A stretch of DNA of 64,000 nt from Methanobacteriota archaeon (GTDB taxonomy: Archaea > Thermoplasmatota > Thermoplasmata > SG8-5 > JAGLSY01), in contig JAEHCO010000001.1 of assembly GCA_020697715.1 (NCBI GenBank), positions 576,001 through 640,000 on the forward strand, in the 5' to 3' direction. Each line of letters opens with the position of its first letter. Positions within the stretch are counted from its first letter, which is position 1. The translations under genes and the position numbers were made by a program. Below are positions 46,277 to 56,007 of this stretch, one piece after another. The notes under the pieces are model-generated. The model was not told the origin of the DNA. It saw only the letters and a program-made list of their open reading frames with translations, and did not search any database.

Positions 46277-49200
46277 TTTTTTTTCTTCCCCTTCTTTCTC
46301 CCCAATAAGACAAATGTGGCCACTACCATGGCAATGGCCAATCCCACGAGCATGATGATGAAGAATTGATTGTCGGTCTCTGTCGTCGTAATAGGCAGGT
46401 CGTCAGTCTCTGTCGGGGTGGGGTAAACAGATAGATCGACGGGCAATACTGTCAATGAGATCTGATGCTGTCCATCCAAGAATCCGTCCATGGAGGCATT
46501 TATAGAGACTATACATTCCTCAGTGTGATTCACTTCGGTGGCGGTTATCCTCAGTTTGAGATAGCCCTGGGAATTCGTGGTTCCGTTTGGAGGGTCTATG
46601 ATCATCCGCGCACCATCGAGCTCGACCATGACAAACGCGCCGGCAACGAGGCTCCCATGCGGGTCGGTGACCTGGATGTGGATGTCCGTGTACCCCGCCT
46701 GGCTGGGGGAGAGCCAGTCCTCTATCACATCCGTATCTGGATTGGCCTCGACATAGAGAACGGCGTAATTCTCCGGGTATACCCGTATTTCCGATTCCTT
46801 ACCCTCGGCATCCTGGTAGCCGTCTTTTGATACGGACAATATGGATACCGTCACGGATGTTCCGTTGGTCGAGTTCTCCCCGGGAGGGACATCGGGCGCG
46901 ATGAAGGATGTGGTGAAGTAACCCTGCCCATCTGTAAATCCGGTGTATGCGGACAGATTTCCTGACGAGGACTCCATGGTGACAAGTGCGTGGCTGATGT
47001 ATTGGCGGTCCTGGTTGGTCACCCTCACTTTCACCTGGGACGTGGAATTCGATATGGTTTGAATAGGTATCGTGGTGAAGCGGGCATTCAGCCAGTCCTT
47101 ATCAGGAGGCCTTATGCTGGCTATGGTGCTGGGGTTCAGAAGAGAACCGGAGCCATCGTCGACATAGCCCAAGAAGGTATCGGACCTGTGAACCTCGTAT
47201 TTGTACTGATAATAGAGATGCTCCTTCGGTAGATCATATGCCAGGGCGGTGACCGCGTCCTGGACAAGCTGAACTTCCGCACCCCGGTCAATTGTGAACA
47301 TGGCTTCCTCTATCAACCGGTCATACGATGCATTCTGATATCCGTAGATGTTTAGACCATCCTTTATATTATCAGAATGGAAAGAGCTGAAGAAAAAGTT
47401 TTCAGGTCTTTTCAGGTACATGCTCGGGAATCCCTCCTCTTCGACACCGGAAGAACCACCCCGGGTTCCGGATTTGGTAAAGAAACCCCAGATTTTTGAT
47501 TCTCTCTGGGAAAACGTATCATTCACAATGACATACCAGGAGTAATAAGTGGAGGGTTTAAGATCCGGCCACGAGACAAGAGCTTGAACACCCTCATCGG
47601 TGTCCCAAAAGATTATGTCAGTATCTATTACATTGTTGGTCGAAGCATCATAAAATGTGACAGTTATAGGGTCTCCGTCAGGATCCGATACAAAAACGCG
47701 TAAACGTGCTCGATCTGGATCGACACGATTCTCCCCGTCTTTCGGAAAAGGACTACTGTCATAGGTGGTGGAGTATAGAATAATTCTGGGCGGGTCATTA
47801 TATAAATAGGGGTGATAAACGGGTACAGTCTGTATCTGGGAGGGGGTTTCATATTCCTGTGCCACAATGCACATATCGAATTCCTCGGCGAAGATCCTTG
47901 CCCATAATCCACCAATTCCCATTGGAACAAGCTCTATGTTGATCCCGACTTTAATCATCTCTTGGGTCACCATGGTGCCGATCTGGAACATCAATGGATC
48001 GATTTCTTGCTCGGAAATAAGCAACTGGATCGTGCCGCCAGGGCCACTGCCTATGGTGGTGCCATCCGGATTGAGCCACCAATTGCCATTTCCTGGAGGT
48101 AATGATGGGTTTTCCAGCAGATACCCTGCTTTTTCCAGAATACTCACTGCTTCGTAGGGGTCGAAAGCATATCGTGGAGCATAGGTATTTTTCCAATCAT
48201 AGAACAAGCCGATGCTTTCTCCGTCGGAGGCGAGATCCCCGATAGAATCTATTGTCTCGTCATCCACACAATGGGCGATGGCCCTTCTGAGGGGCTTTCC
48301 GTGATCAATACCTGATGCTGGCCATTCCATCAGATCGTATCCAAATGACTTCCTTCTCATATTGTATATAACATCGACCATCACCGCACCTTTCAGATAA
48401 TTGAACTCCAGATCGGGATTACTCGAAAACTGATTGAGATCTGACTGAGGCATTGTCCATCCTATGTGATCGAGATTGTTATTTTCCAAGTCTATTATAG
48501 CTTGATCTCGGTTATCATAGAACCTGAAAGATATCTCATCGATAGTAGGTTGGGATGCGAAGATATCATACTTGTATCCGGGTTTGTAAAAATGCTCCCT
48601 CCACGTGACTAAAGTTAACCGGTCATCCTCCATCCCCATCCACTTGAAAGGGCCGCTCCCGATGGGCTGATTATTGCTCCAAGATACAGCAAGTGATGGT
48701 TTCCAGGCAGAGCCATTCAAGGAACCGTCATAACCTTCATCATACCAGATCTTTTCCTCATCTTCCTCCTGGTTGGATATCTCGCTCCCCCAAATGTGAT
48801 AGGGTAGGATAGGTAATGAGAGATAATGCAAGAAAACACTGTAATGCGGTTTCTGCAAAACGAATTTCAACGCGGCCTTGGATGAGTCCTCCGATTCCCA
48901 GACTATGTCGATTGACAGCCATTGAGTATCGGAATAGTTATTTTCATCTATCAGCGGATGTCCAAGAGACGAGTATTGGGAAGTTGCCTGGGCATGGAAG
49001 GAGAACATTATATCACGTATGCTCATCTGCACATCATCATGCCAGTACACGTTCTCAAAATCATAGAATATGATAATCTCCGGCTTGCTCTGATTCTCCC
49101 AGAGGATCTTTCTGTTGTAGCCGAAATTGTCCACAGTGCAATCCTCCCAGGTTATGCTTGAAGAATTGCGGGACTCATTAGCAGAGCCCACTGCTATATA

Positions 49201-49446
49201 CGGATCAAGGCGGTTGGTTTCCTGATTGTATTTTATGGCTCCCTCGTAAACGAGACCGAGCACTTTCCCGCTGACCTTGTCGTCCACGAGAGGATTGGTA
49301 TTATATATTTGATTAATGGCGCAGCGGAAGGTAATAGGGGCATCATTGTCTTGGTCAAGATCGTCTTCCTGGCCGACACCTATTTGAAAGCCAGATAGCA
49401 AAACCGCCAATATGATGAAAGTGCAGGTCACCTTTCGTAGCCACAT
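46258..49446 (-). CDS. Family-5 (peptide/Ni) ABC substrate-binding-like protein with an internal beta-sandwich insert, two invasin-type Ig domains and a TM anchor
   Basis: WHDDVQMSIRDIMFSF, ILPYHIW, PIGSGPFK, LRRAIAHCVD; paralog of 50984..54040. Start set at ATG 49446, just before the signal peptide. Confidence 0.85.
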   Translation of the reverse strand: MWLRKVTCTFIILAVLLSGFQIGVGQEDDLDQDNDAPITFRCAINQIYNTNPLVDDKVSGKVLGLVYEGAIKYNQETNRLDPYIAVGSANESRNSSSITWEDCTVDNFGYNRKILWENQSKPEIIIFYDFENVYWHDDVQMSIRDIMFSFHAQATSQYSSLGHPLIDENNYSDTQWLSIDIVWESEDSSKAALKFVLQKPHYSVFLHYLSLPILPYHIWGSEISNQEEDEEKIWYDEGYDGSLNGSAWKPSLAVSWSNNQPIGSGPFKWMGMEDDRLTLVTWREHFYKPGYKYDIFASQPTIDEISFRFYDNRDQAIIDLENNNLDHIGWTMPQSDLNQFSSNPDLEFNYLKGAVMVDVIYNMRRKSFGYDLMEWPASGIDHGKPLRRAIAHCVDDETIDSIGDLASDGESIGLFYDWKNTYAPRYAFDPYEAVSILEKAGYLLENPSLPPGNGNWWLNPDGTTIGSGPGGTIQLLISEQEIDPLMFQIGTMVTQEMIKVGINIELVPMGIGGLWARIFAEEFDMCIVAQEYETPSQIQTVPVYHPYLYNDPPRIILYSTTYDSSPFPKDGENRVDPDRARLRVFVSDPDGDPITVTFYDASTNNVIDTDIIFWDTDEGVQALVSWPDLKPSTYYSWYVIVNDTFSQRESKIWGFFTKSGTRGGSSGVEEEGFPSMYLKRPENFFFSSFHSDNIKDGLNIYGYQNASYDRLIEEAMFTIDRGAEVQLVQDAVTALAYDLPKEHLYYQYKYEVHRSDTFLGYVDDGSGSLLNPSTIASIRPPDKDWLNARFTTIPIQTISNSTSQVKVRVTNQDRQYISHALVTMESSSGNLSAYTGFTDGQGYFTTSFIAPDVPPGENSTNGTSVTVSILSVSKDGYQDAEGKESEIRVYPENYAVLYVEANPDTDVIEDWLSPSQAGYTDIHIQVTDPHGSLVAGAFVMVELDGARMIIDPPNGTTNSQGYLKLRITATEVNHTEECIVSINASMDGFLDGQHQISLTVLPVDLSVYPTPTETDDLPITTTETDNQFFIIMLVGLAIAMVVATFVLLGRKKGKKKNGHSGI

Positions 49447-49569
49447 AGTTGGGCTAAATGAAATATGATAGATAAACATATTGCATGTTGTAGAACATGA
49501 CATACAATAGCCATCATGTCCAGAAATGTTTATAATAGAGTGGTCGATTCAAATGTGGGTACATCATAC

Positions 49570-50877
49570 ATGACACTGGGTAAGACAAAACATAAAAATT
49601 TAACGAATTTCCTGCCGATCACTTTGGGAATTCTCATTGTCATGATCCTGCTCATTCAGATCCCCGCAGCATCAGCCCAGACCGCGAGCCCGTTTATAGC
49701 CAGGGAACAATATGAAAGGATCCCATTTCCTGCCGGAGCCCTTGTCATTCCGATGGATGAGAAGCAGAATGACATCATAAAGAGCTTCGGACTGGTCCAC
49801 GCACTTCTGAGAAATGATACACCGTGCTATAGGCTTATAGGTCCACCTGACTCGATAATTCAAACCGAGGAATTTCCCACGGGTGCCAATTACTCTGGGG
49901 GCCCCATAATTCTCATAGGTCACGATGCCTTGCTGGTGGCGGATGTGATGGGTAAATTCCCCAGCGTGACTTTGCACACTGTCACTTCCGTGTTCATTTC
50001 GGATCGTGTGTACATTATCGAGAGGGCGACAAATATCCTGGTGGTTGGCAGAGAAGATGAGGATTATATGCAACACAGCTTTTCAAAACAACTTCTCCAG
50101 GAAATGATGATCCCATACGAATCCAAGCAAATATGGCATCTGGATCCGGATGTGGACTTGTTCAATTATGATCTGATAATCATAGAAAATCCGGGAGCCA
50201 ATGGAGATATGAACCGCGATCTCCAGATGGGAATAAAGACTGCGACGGACAATGGAAAGAATTTTGTTTTCATAGGAAAAGCAATGAGGGACCTACCATC
50301 GATATTCCCCGGTTGCTTCGGTGTGATGGCACTTAATGAGAATATGGAGTTCACCGCACAGTTCAATCATACGGGTGAATCGCCCGCACAGTATGCTGGC
50401 CCCACTACCATGAATGTCACTACAAGCAATGTTGTGGCCGTAACCCCTGGATCTGTGGAACTTAAACCCCTGGTATACGCGGATGCCAATGGAAGCCAAA
50501 TACTATTCGCTTCATATTTCAGATATGGAAAAGGCATGATCGAGACCTTTTCCTTTGATCCTGAGGATCAGTTGATGGTGGACAAGAATATGTACGATCT
50601 TGCCTGCATATTCTATGGCAATGGATTAGTTCAGGCTCCACCCGCACCATTGGTACCACCACTCCCAATGGCGCCATCTGGAATGCCGATCCCTACTCCC
50701 GCATTGCCGCCGCCACCGCCGCCACCACCGCCACCACCGCCAAGCGTACCGATGGCAACAGCCATCCCAGCACATTATCTATTCGCGGGTTTTGCTGGCC
50801 TTGCTTTGGGTGATAGGATGAAGAACAAGAGCAAAACGAAGACCGCTGTAAGGCAGAAGATCAAGATCAGTACATGA
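49570..50877 (+). CDS. Hypothetical secreted protein with poly-Pro linker and weakly hydrophobic/basic C-terminus
   Basis: Signal peptide ending ASA, an alpha/beta globular region (FPAGALVIPMD...), and a run of 12 Pro near the C-terminus. Confidence 0.7.
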   Translation: MTLGKTKHKNLTNFLPITLGILIVMILLIQIPAASAQTASPFIAREQYERIPFPAGALVIPMDEKQNDIIKSFGLVHALLRNDTPCYRLIGPPDSIIQTEEFPTGANYSGGPIILIGHDALLVADVMGKFPSVTLHTVTSVFISDRVYIIERATNILVVGREDEDYMQHSFSKQLLQEMMIPYESKQIWHLDPDVDLFNYDLIIIENPGANGDMNRDLQMGIKTATDNGKNFVFIGKAMRDLPSIFPGCFGVMALNENMEFTAQFNHTGESPAQYAGPTTMNVTTSNVVAVTPGSVELKPLVYADANGSQILFASYFRYGKGMIETFSFDPEDQLMVDKNMYDLACIFYGNGLVQAPPAPLVPPLPMAPSGMPIPTPALPPPPPPPPPPPPSVPMATAIPAHYLFAGFAGLALGDRMKNKSKTKTAVRQKIKIST

Positions 50878-50983
50878 TGTTCAGACGATCATTATTTTCT
50901 TAATCAAAACAACCTTCCACAAAACACTGTACCAATTTCTTTAAGTATCTTTATTCCAATATTTGATTGATGGTGGAAGATTT

Positions 50984-53900
50984 ATGATTGTAAAATCTAT
51001 AAAATCAAATTCTAGGTCGGTAAAAAGCAAGGGATTCGCAATTCTTTCAGTGGCCTTTGTGTTTCTCATGATAATTGGGGTTTTCTCACCTGTCATCTCA
51101 GGCACAGATGCGGGTACGAACACAGGCACGAGACAGCAAGACCAGGATTACATCCTGCGAGTGGCCATGCAGGATGATATCAAGACCCTGAATCCCCTTG
51201 TCACGAGCGATTCATGGACCTGGAATGTGATCGAATATATTTACGACAAGCCAGTGAAGTCCGACCCCATCACTGGCGAGCTCATCCCTTACATAGCCGT
51301 GGGTTCTGCCAGTGGCACTGGAAAGGGATTGAATGACGTATGGGGTTGGGAGGATCTGAACACTGGTGTATTCGGCAACACACCAGTGGCTGATTGGGAG
51401 CCCGGTATGACTGGTGTCTCTGAGGCCACGATATTCTATGACTTCACCAATGTCACATGGCATGATGGTATGCAGATGTCCATCAGGGATATTCAGTTCG
51501 CTTACCATGTACAAGCCCTATCGCCCACTGGCTCATCAGATGTCAATTGCCTTATGGACCTGGGCGGGGAGTTCGGTACGAATTATTCAAATACCAATTA
51601 TCTACATATTCAGAAGGTTTATGAGAGTGCGGATGGGCTTCAGGCGGCTCTAAGGTTCGAGATCCAGACGCCTTTTGAAAGCTTCTTCAGGAGCACTTTA
51701 TCTGTTTTACTATTACCATATCACGTATGGGGAAGTACTGTGTCTGGACAAGCTTATGATAATACGATGATATGGTGCGATCCAGGTTATTCAGTTGACA
51801 ATGTCATGGCTTGGGATGTTTCAGATGCTCTGGCCTGGCATAATCCAACATCAATTGGCAGTGGTCCAATGAAGTACGATTCCTGGAATATGGGTGTTAG
51901 CTCAAAGATCATCACATACAGGGATCATTTTTACAGAGAGAACTGGAATCCAGATTACGATATAAACGGAATTGCAAAACAACCCACCATCGAGGCAATT
52001 GTCTTCAAGATATACAAGACCGCGGAGCAAGCGGTCTTGGCTTTGAGAAATAATGATATAGATTACATAGCCTGGTCCCTTCCGCCAACCTTTGTTCAAG
52101 AGGTAATAGATGAGCCAGATATAGGCATCAAACAGTCCATGAGCAGTGGCTTTTACTACATGGGCTACAATATGAGACCCAATAAGAGATCCTTCGGATA
52201 TGATGATAATGGTGTGGATGTGGGCAAGCCACTAAGGAAGGCTATCGCTCATTGTATTGACAAAGATTTGATAGTTCAAAGGCTACTTCTGGGCTTTGGC
52301 TCACCAGGAGACGGTCCCATATCCGCGACCAGTGAATGGTACAATGATTCGATCCCACAGTACGACTTTGATCCCGAAGAAGCAAAGACGATCTTGGAGA
52401 ATGCGGGCTATCAATTGACAAATCCAACTATCGACCCTGGCCAAGGTAATTGGTGGCTCAATCCAGATGGCTCCAATATCGGAAATTCAGAGGGCGGTAA
52501 GATAGAGATATTGACACCACCTGCAGATTATGATCCGATAAGAGCACAGGCTGGTTTGATGATCGCCATGCAGATGCAGGAGATCGGTATCTATGCGGAG
52601 TCCATCGCTATGGACTTCGGGACCATCGTAAATCATATCGACTATCGGGACTTCGATATGTACATTCTGGGATGGAACATCAATAGCGCTCCACCAAATT
52701 TCATGTACGCGTTCTTCCATTCGGACAATGCAGCTGCTGGCCAGAACTACCCAGGATATTCCAATTCAAGTTTCGATGCGATAATAGACACTGCCAGAGC
52801 ATCCGGTGACGATGCTCTGAGGCTGGAGCTGATCAATGACGCCCAGGCCGCCATCGCATACGATCTGCCATACGACGTTCTCTACTTCAAGACGAATATC
52901 GAGGCCTATCGCTCGGACAGGTTCACGGGCTGGGTGTCGGACTCATCTGGCTCGATCTATAACTGGAGATCCATTCTCGAGTTGAGACCGCCATCGAATA
53001 TGTGGTTGGAAGCAAATTTTGTCAATGTAGCTTCTTCTATCGGATCCAATGCGACCACCGATGTAGAGGTGCTTGTCACTAAGAATAGAATAGAAGTTGA
53101 TAGCACCATCACAAGAATGCCTGTTGATAATGCATTTGTCAGGCTGGCGGTGTCAGATGGGTCGCTTTCCGCATACAGCGGGACAACAGGTTCAAATGGG
53201 GTCTTGAGAGTCACTTTCACAGCCCCCTATGCACAACGTGTCAATGAATTCAATAGCTATGGATCAAGTGTGCTTATCGAGATCGCGAGTGCGGAATTAT
53301 ATGGTTACGATGACGCCCCTAGTAAAATAACCATGCTGACCGTATATCCAGACGACATTGATTTTCTCACAGTCCATATGGAAGCAGAACCGATGACCAT
53401 CGATGATACAGATGCGACAGGAGCTCTCGGCATCTCAAATATAGTTGTCTCAGTAACAGACCGATCGAATGATCCTATCATTGGAGCTGAAGTGACAATA
53501 CAATTAGATTCTTTATATTCCCCATCTCCCTCTATTTCTCCAGTACTTGCCACCACAGGCTCAGATGGAACTGCGGTATTTACCTTTGAGGCTGCGGAGC
53601 TATGGGATGAAGAGGATAGGGAATATTCTGTAAGTGTTTTGGCCACCAAGGACGATTACGAAAGTGGAACTCAGTCCATTGTGATCAATGTCGTCGATGC
53701 ACATATTTATATTCCTCCGAACTCCGACATAGATGGAGATGGTGTGAATAATACGGATGATGATTTTCCAACTGATCCAGCAGCCTCTGTCGATACTGAT
53801 GGTGATGGAAAGCCAGATGATTGGAATGAAGGCTATACGGCTGAAGATTCCACTACTGGTCTTATTTTGGATGAAGATGATGATGGTGACGGCATCCCGG

Positions 53901-54040
53901 ATGATGAGATCCTATCATTGGATTCAAATTCAGGTGATGATGATGAAACCAGTTTGGTCGGAACATACTGGTGGTTGATCGTCATCCTCATTGTTGTCTT
54001 TGGCATTATGATCGCTATATATTTCTTTAAAGAACTATGA
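50984..54040 (+). CDS. Family-5 ABC substrate-binding protein fused to invasin-type Ig domains, TSP3-like repeats and a TM anchor
   Basis: LRVAMQDDIKTLNPL, WHDG.QMSIRD, IGSGPMK, LRKAIAHCID, FDMYILGW, GYSNSSFD. Confidence 0.88.
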   Translation: MIVKSIKSNSRSVKSKGFAILSVAFVFLMIIGVFSPVISGTDAGTNTGTRQQDQDYILRVAMQDDIKTLNPLVTSDSWTWNVIEYIYDKPVKSDPITGELIPYIAVGSASGTGKGLNDVWGWEDLNTGVFGNTPVADWEPGMTGVSEATIFYDFTNVTWHDGMQMSIRDIQFAYHVQALSPTGSSDVNCLMDLGGEFGTNYSNTNYLHIQKVYESADGLQAALRFEIQTPFESFFRSTLSVLLLPYHVWGSTVSGQAYDNTMIWCDPGYSVDNVMAWDVSDALAWHNPTSIGSGPMKYDSWNMGVSSKIITYRDHFYRENWNPDYDINGIAKQPTIEAIVFKIYKTAEQAVLALRNNDIDYIAWSLPPTFVQEVIDEPDIGIKQSMSSGFYYMGYNMRPNKRSFGYDDNGVDVGKPLRKAIAHCIDKDLIVQRLLLGFGSPGDGPISATSEWYNDSIPQYDFDPEEAKTILENAGYQLTNPTIDPGQGNWWLNPDGSNIGNSEGGKIEILTPPADYDPIRAQAGLMIAMQMQEIGIYAESIAMDFGTIVNHIDYRDFDMYILGWNINSAPPNFMYAFFHSDNAAAGQNYPGYSNSSFDAIIDTARASGDDALRLELINDAQAAIAYDLPYDVLYFKTNIEAYRSDRFTGWVSDSSGSIYNWRSILELRPPSNMWLEANFVNVASSIGSNATTDVEVLVTKNRIEVDSTITRMPVDNAFVRLAVSDGSLSAYSGTTGSNGVLRVTFTAPYAQRVNEFNSYGSSVLIEIASAELYGYDDAPSKITMLTVYPDDIDFLTVHMEAEPMTIDDTDATGALGISNIVVSVTDRSNDPIIGAEVTIQLDSLYSPSPSISPVLATTGSDGTAVFTFEAAELWDEEDREYSVSVLATKDDYESGTQSIVINVVDAHIYIPPNSDIDGDGVNNTDDDFPTDPAASVDTDGDGKPDDWNEGYTAEDSTTGLILDEDDDGDGIPDDEILSLDSNSGDDDETSLVGTYWWLIVILIVVFGIMIAIYFFKEL

Positions 54041-54073
54041 GCGACCATGAACCATAAATAAGAATACACCTTG

Positions 54074-54119
54074 ACCTGTAAACAAGACTACAAATTACCT
54101 GTAAACAAGACTACAAATT
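54074..54119. repeat. Perfect 23-bp tandem duplication
   Basis: acctgtaaacaagactacaaatt occurs at 54074-54096 and 54097-54119. Confidence 0.95.
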
Positions 54120-54306
54120 GAATGATAAACATATTGCCAAATATAATGTTAAATATTTCGACTACTTTATAACAACCCGACATCTATATATATAGATAGT
54201 GTAATAAAAGGTGGTGGAAACAAGTGACTTTTCGTAAGAGGTCATTAGTGGATGGGCTAATCAGTGGGCGAAGTGGTCACTTAGAGTGAGAAAGGGGTGA
54301 AACCGA

Positions 54307-56007
54307 TTGGTGCTCAAAAAAGCTTTAATGAAAAAATTCCTAAAGGCGGGTTCTAAATCACTTAAAGTGAAAGTTCCTATAGGCGAGAAGCTTAAAGAGC
54401 AAGAATATAGAGCTGGAAGAGGCTCTGAGATCACACCCATTCCTGATCTTGTTGGTTCTAAATTTGAAGAGAGAGAGGTATATCCGATAAATGAACCTTT
54501 TAGTTATGCTCGTATTAAATATGATACTGAAAAGAGCGAATACATTTACGAGGTCATTGAACCCACCACCACCCCCAAAGAGAAGGAGATCATTAAACTT
54601 ATAATGGACACCTTCGAAAAGGCACTGGAATATGAAATGGACAAGATGGGATTAAATGACAAAAGAGAGTATCTGAAAGGCGCGATCAATAGTTTCGTAA
54701 CCTCAAGAGGCCTAAAAATAGATCCAAAGACCAAAGAAAAGATAGATTATTTCATATTGAGGGACTTCGTAGATTATGGACCCATAGATTCTCTCATGCA
54801 CGATGATAAGATCGAAGATGTTTCTTGTGATGGGACCGCAGTCCCCCTCTTTGTCTTTCATCAGAAATACGAATCCATCAAGACTGCCACACTCTTCGAG
54901 GATGAGGATGAACTGAACAGTTTTGTTGTTCAGTTGGGTCAGAGATGTGGAAAGCAGGTATCTGTTTCCATGCCTATTCTGGATGGAACAACTGGCGAGG
55001 GTCACAGGGTACAAGCGACGTATTCTACAGAGGTCACTACCAGAGGTTCTTCTTTCACCATAAGGCGATTCAAGGAAAAGCCTTTCACGCCTGTTGACCT
55101 TATTAAATTCAATACAGCATCTCCCGAAATGGTTGCCTATATGTGGCTGGCCGTCGAGCTTGGGAAATCCATGCTGGTTGTTGGAGGCACTGCCAGTGGA
55201 AAGACAGCTACATTGAATGCTGCAGCTCTTTTCATCAGGCCAGGTGCGAAGATAGTTACCATGGAAGATACTAGGGAATTGAACCTGCCTCACGAGAACT
55301 GGATACCAGGTACGACAAGGACTGGCCAGGGTGAAAGGGATGCGGAAGGAAAGGCCGAGGGCGAGATCGATATGTACGAACTCGTTAGGGGCGCATTAAG
55401 GCAGAGGCCGAACTACATCATAGTGGGAGAGGTCAGAGGTAAAGAAACATCCACTATGTTCCAGGCAATGGCCACAGGTCACACCACCTATTCCACAATG
55501 CATGCGGATTCGGTCAAGTCCATGGTCAATAGGTTGGAAAATCCGCCGATCAACACTCCAAGGATATTGCTTACAGCTCTTAATTTCATAGTCATTCAGA
55601 AGCATGTGAGGGTCAGGGACAGTGTCGTTCGTAGGATAACGGAGATCGTAGAGCTGGTTGCCTATGAAGCAGATACCAATGAGATCGTCACCAACACCAC
55701 ATACCTTTGGGATCAGCGCAGTGATTCCTTCCTGTACAAGGGTCACAGTTTCATCCTGGATGGTATGATGGAGATAAAGAATCTCACCCATGATGAGATG
55801 GATGCGGAATTCAAAAGAAGGGTGGACATCATCAATTACATGGTGGAAAAGGACATCACTGATTTCATCGAGATCGCCAATATCGTAGTTGCATATTACA
55901 AAGAACCACTTGAGACCGTCCAGAAGATAAGGGATGAAATGGGATGGGTCGTGGAGGCCGTCTTTACTGGTGGCGATGAAGAGGAGGGATCGATCTTTGG
56001 CTCATGA
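54307..56007 (+). CDS. Type IV pilus/archaellum-family assembly ATPase (FlaI/TadA/VirB11-like), copy 1
   Basis: IEDVSCDG, SFTIRRF, Walker A GGTASGKT, EDTREL, LRQRP.YIIVGEVRG, His-box TGHTTYSTMH. Confidence 0.93.
   Translation: MVLKKALMKKFLKAGSKSLKVKVPIGEKLKEQEYRAGRGSEITPIPDLVGSKFEEREVYPINEPFSYARIKYDTEKSEYIYEVIEPTTTPKEKEIIKLIMDTFEKALEYEMDKMGLNDKREYLKGAINSFVTSRGLKIDPKTKEKIDYFILRDFVDYGPIDSLMHDDKIEDVSCDGTAVPLFVFHQKYESIKTATLFEDEDELNSFVVQLGQRCGKQVSVSMPILDGTTGEGHRVQATYSTEVTTRGSSFTIRRFKEKPFTPVDLIKFNTASPEMVAYMWLAVELGKSMLVVGGTASGKTATLNAAALFIRPGAKIVTMEDTRELNLPHENWIPGTTRTGQGERDAEGKAEGEIDMYELVRGALRQRPNYIIVGEVRGKETSTMFQAMATGHTTYSTMHADSVKSMVNRLENPPINTPRILLTALNFIVIQKHVRVRDSVVRRITEIVELVAYEADTNEIVTNTTYLWDQRSDSFLYKGHSFILDGMMEIKNLTHDEMDAEFKRRVDIINYMVEKDITDFIEIANIVVAYYKEPLETVQKIRDEMGWVVEAVFTGGDEEEGSIFGS

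Noticed and set aside
54074-54119. CRISPR array
   Set aside because: Only two abutting repeats with no spacer and no cas genes.
46277-54120. Genomic island integrated at tRNA-Ala
   Set aside because: No integrase and no duplicated tRNA 3' end (att site) was found; only the CDS-tRNA overlap is reported.
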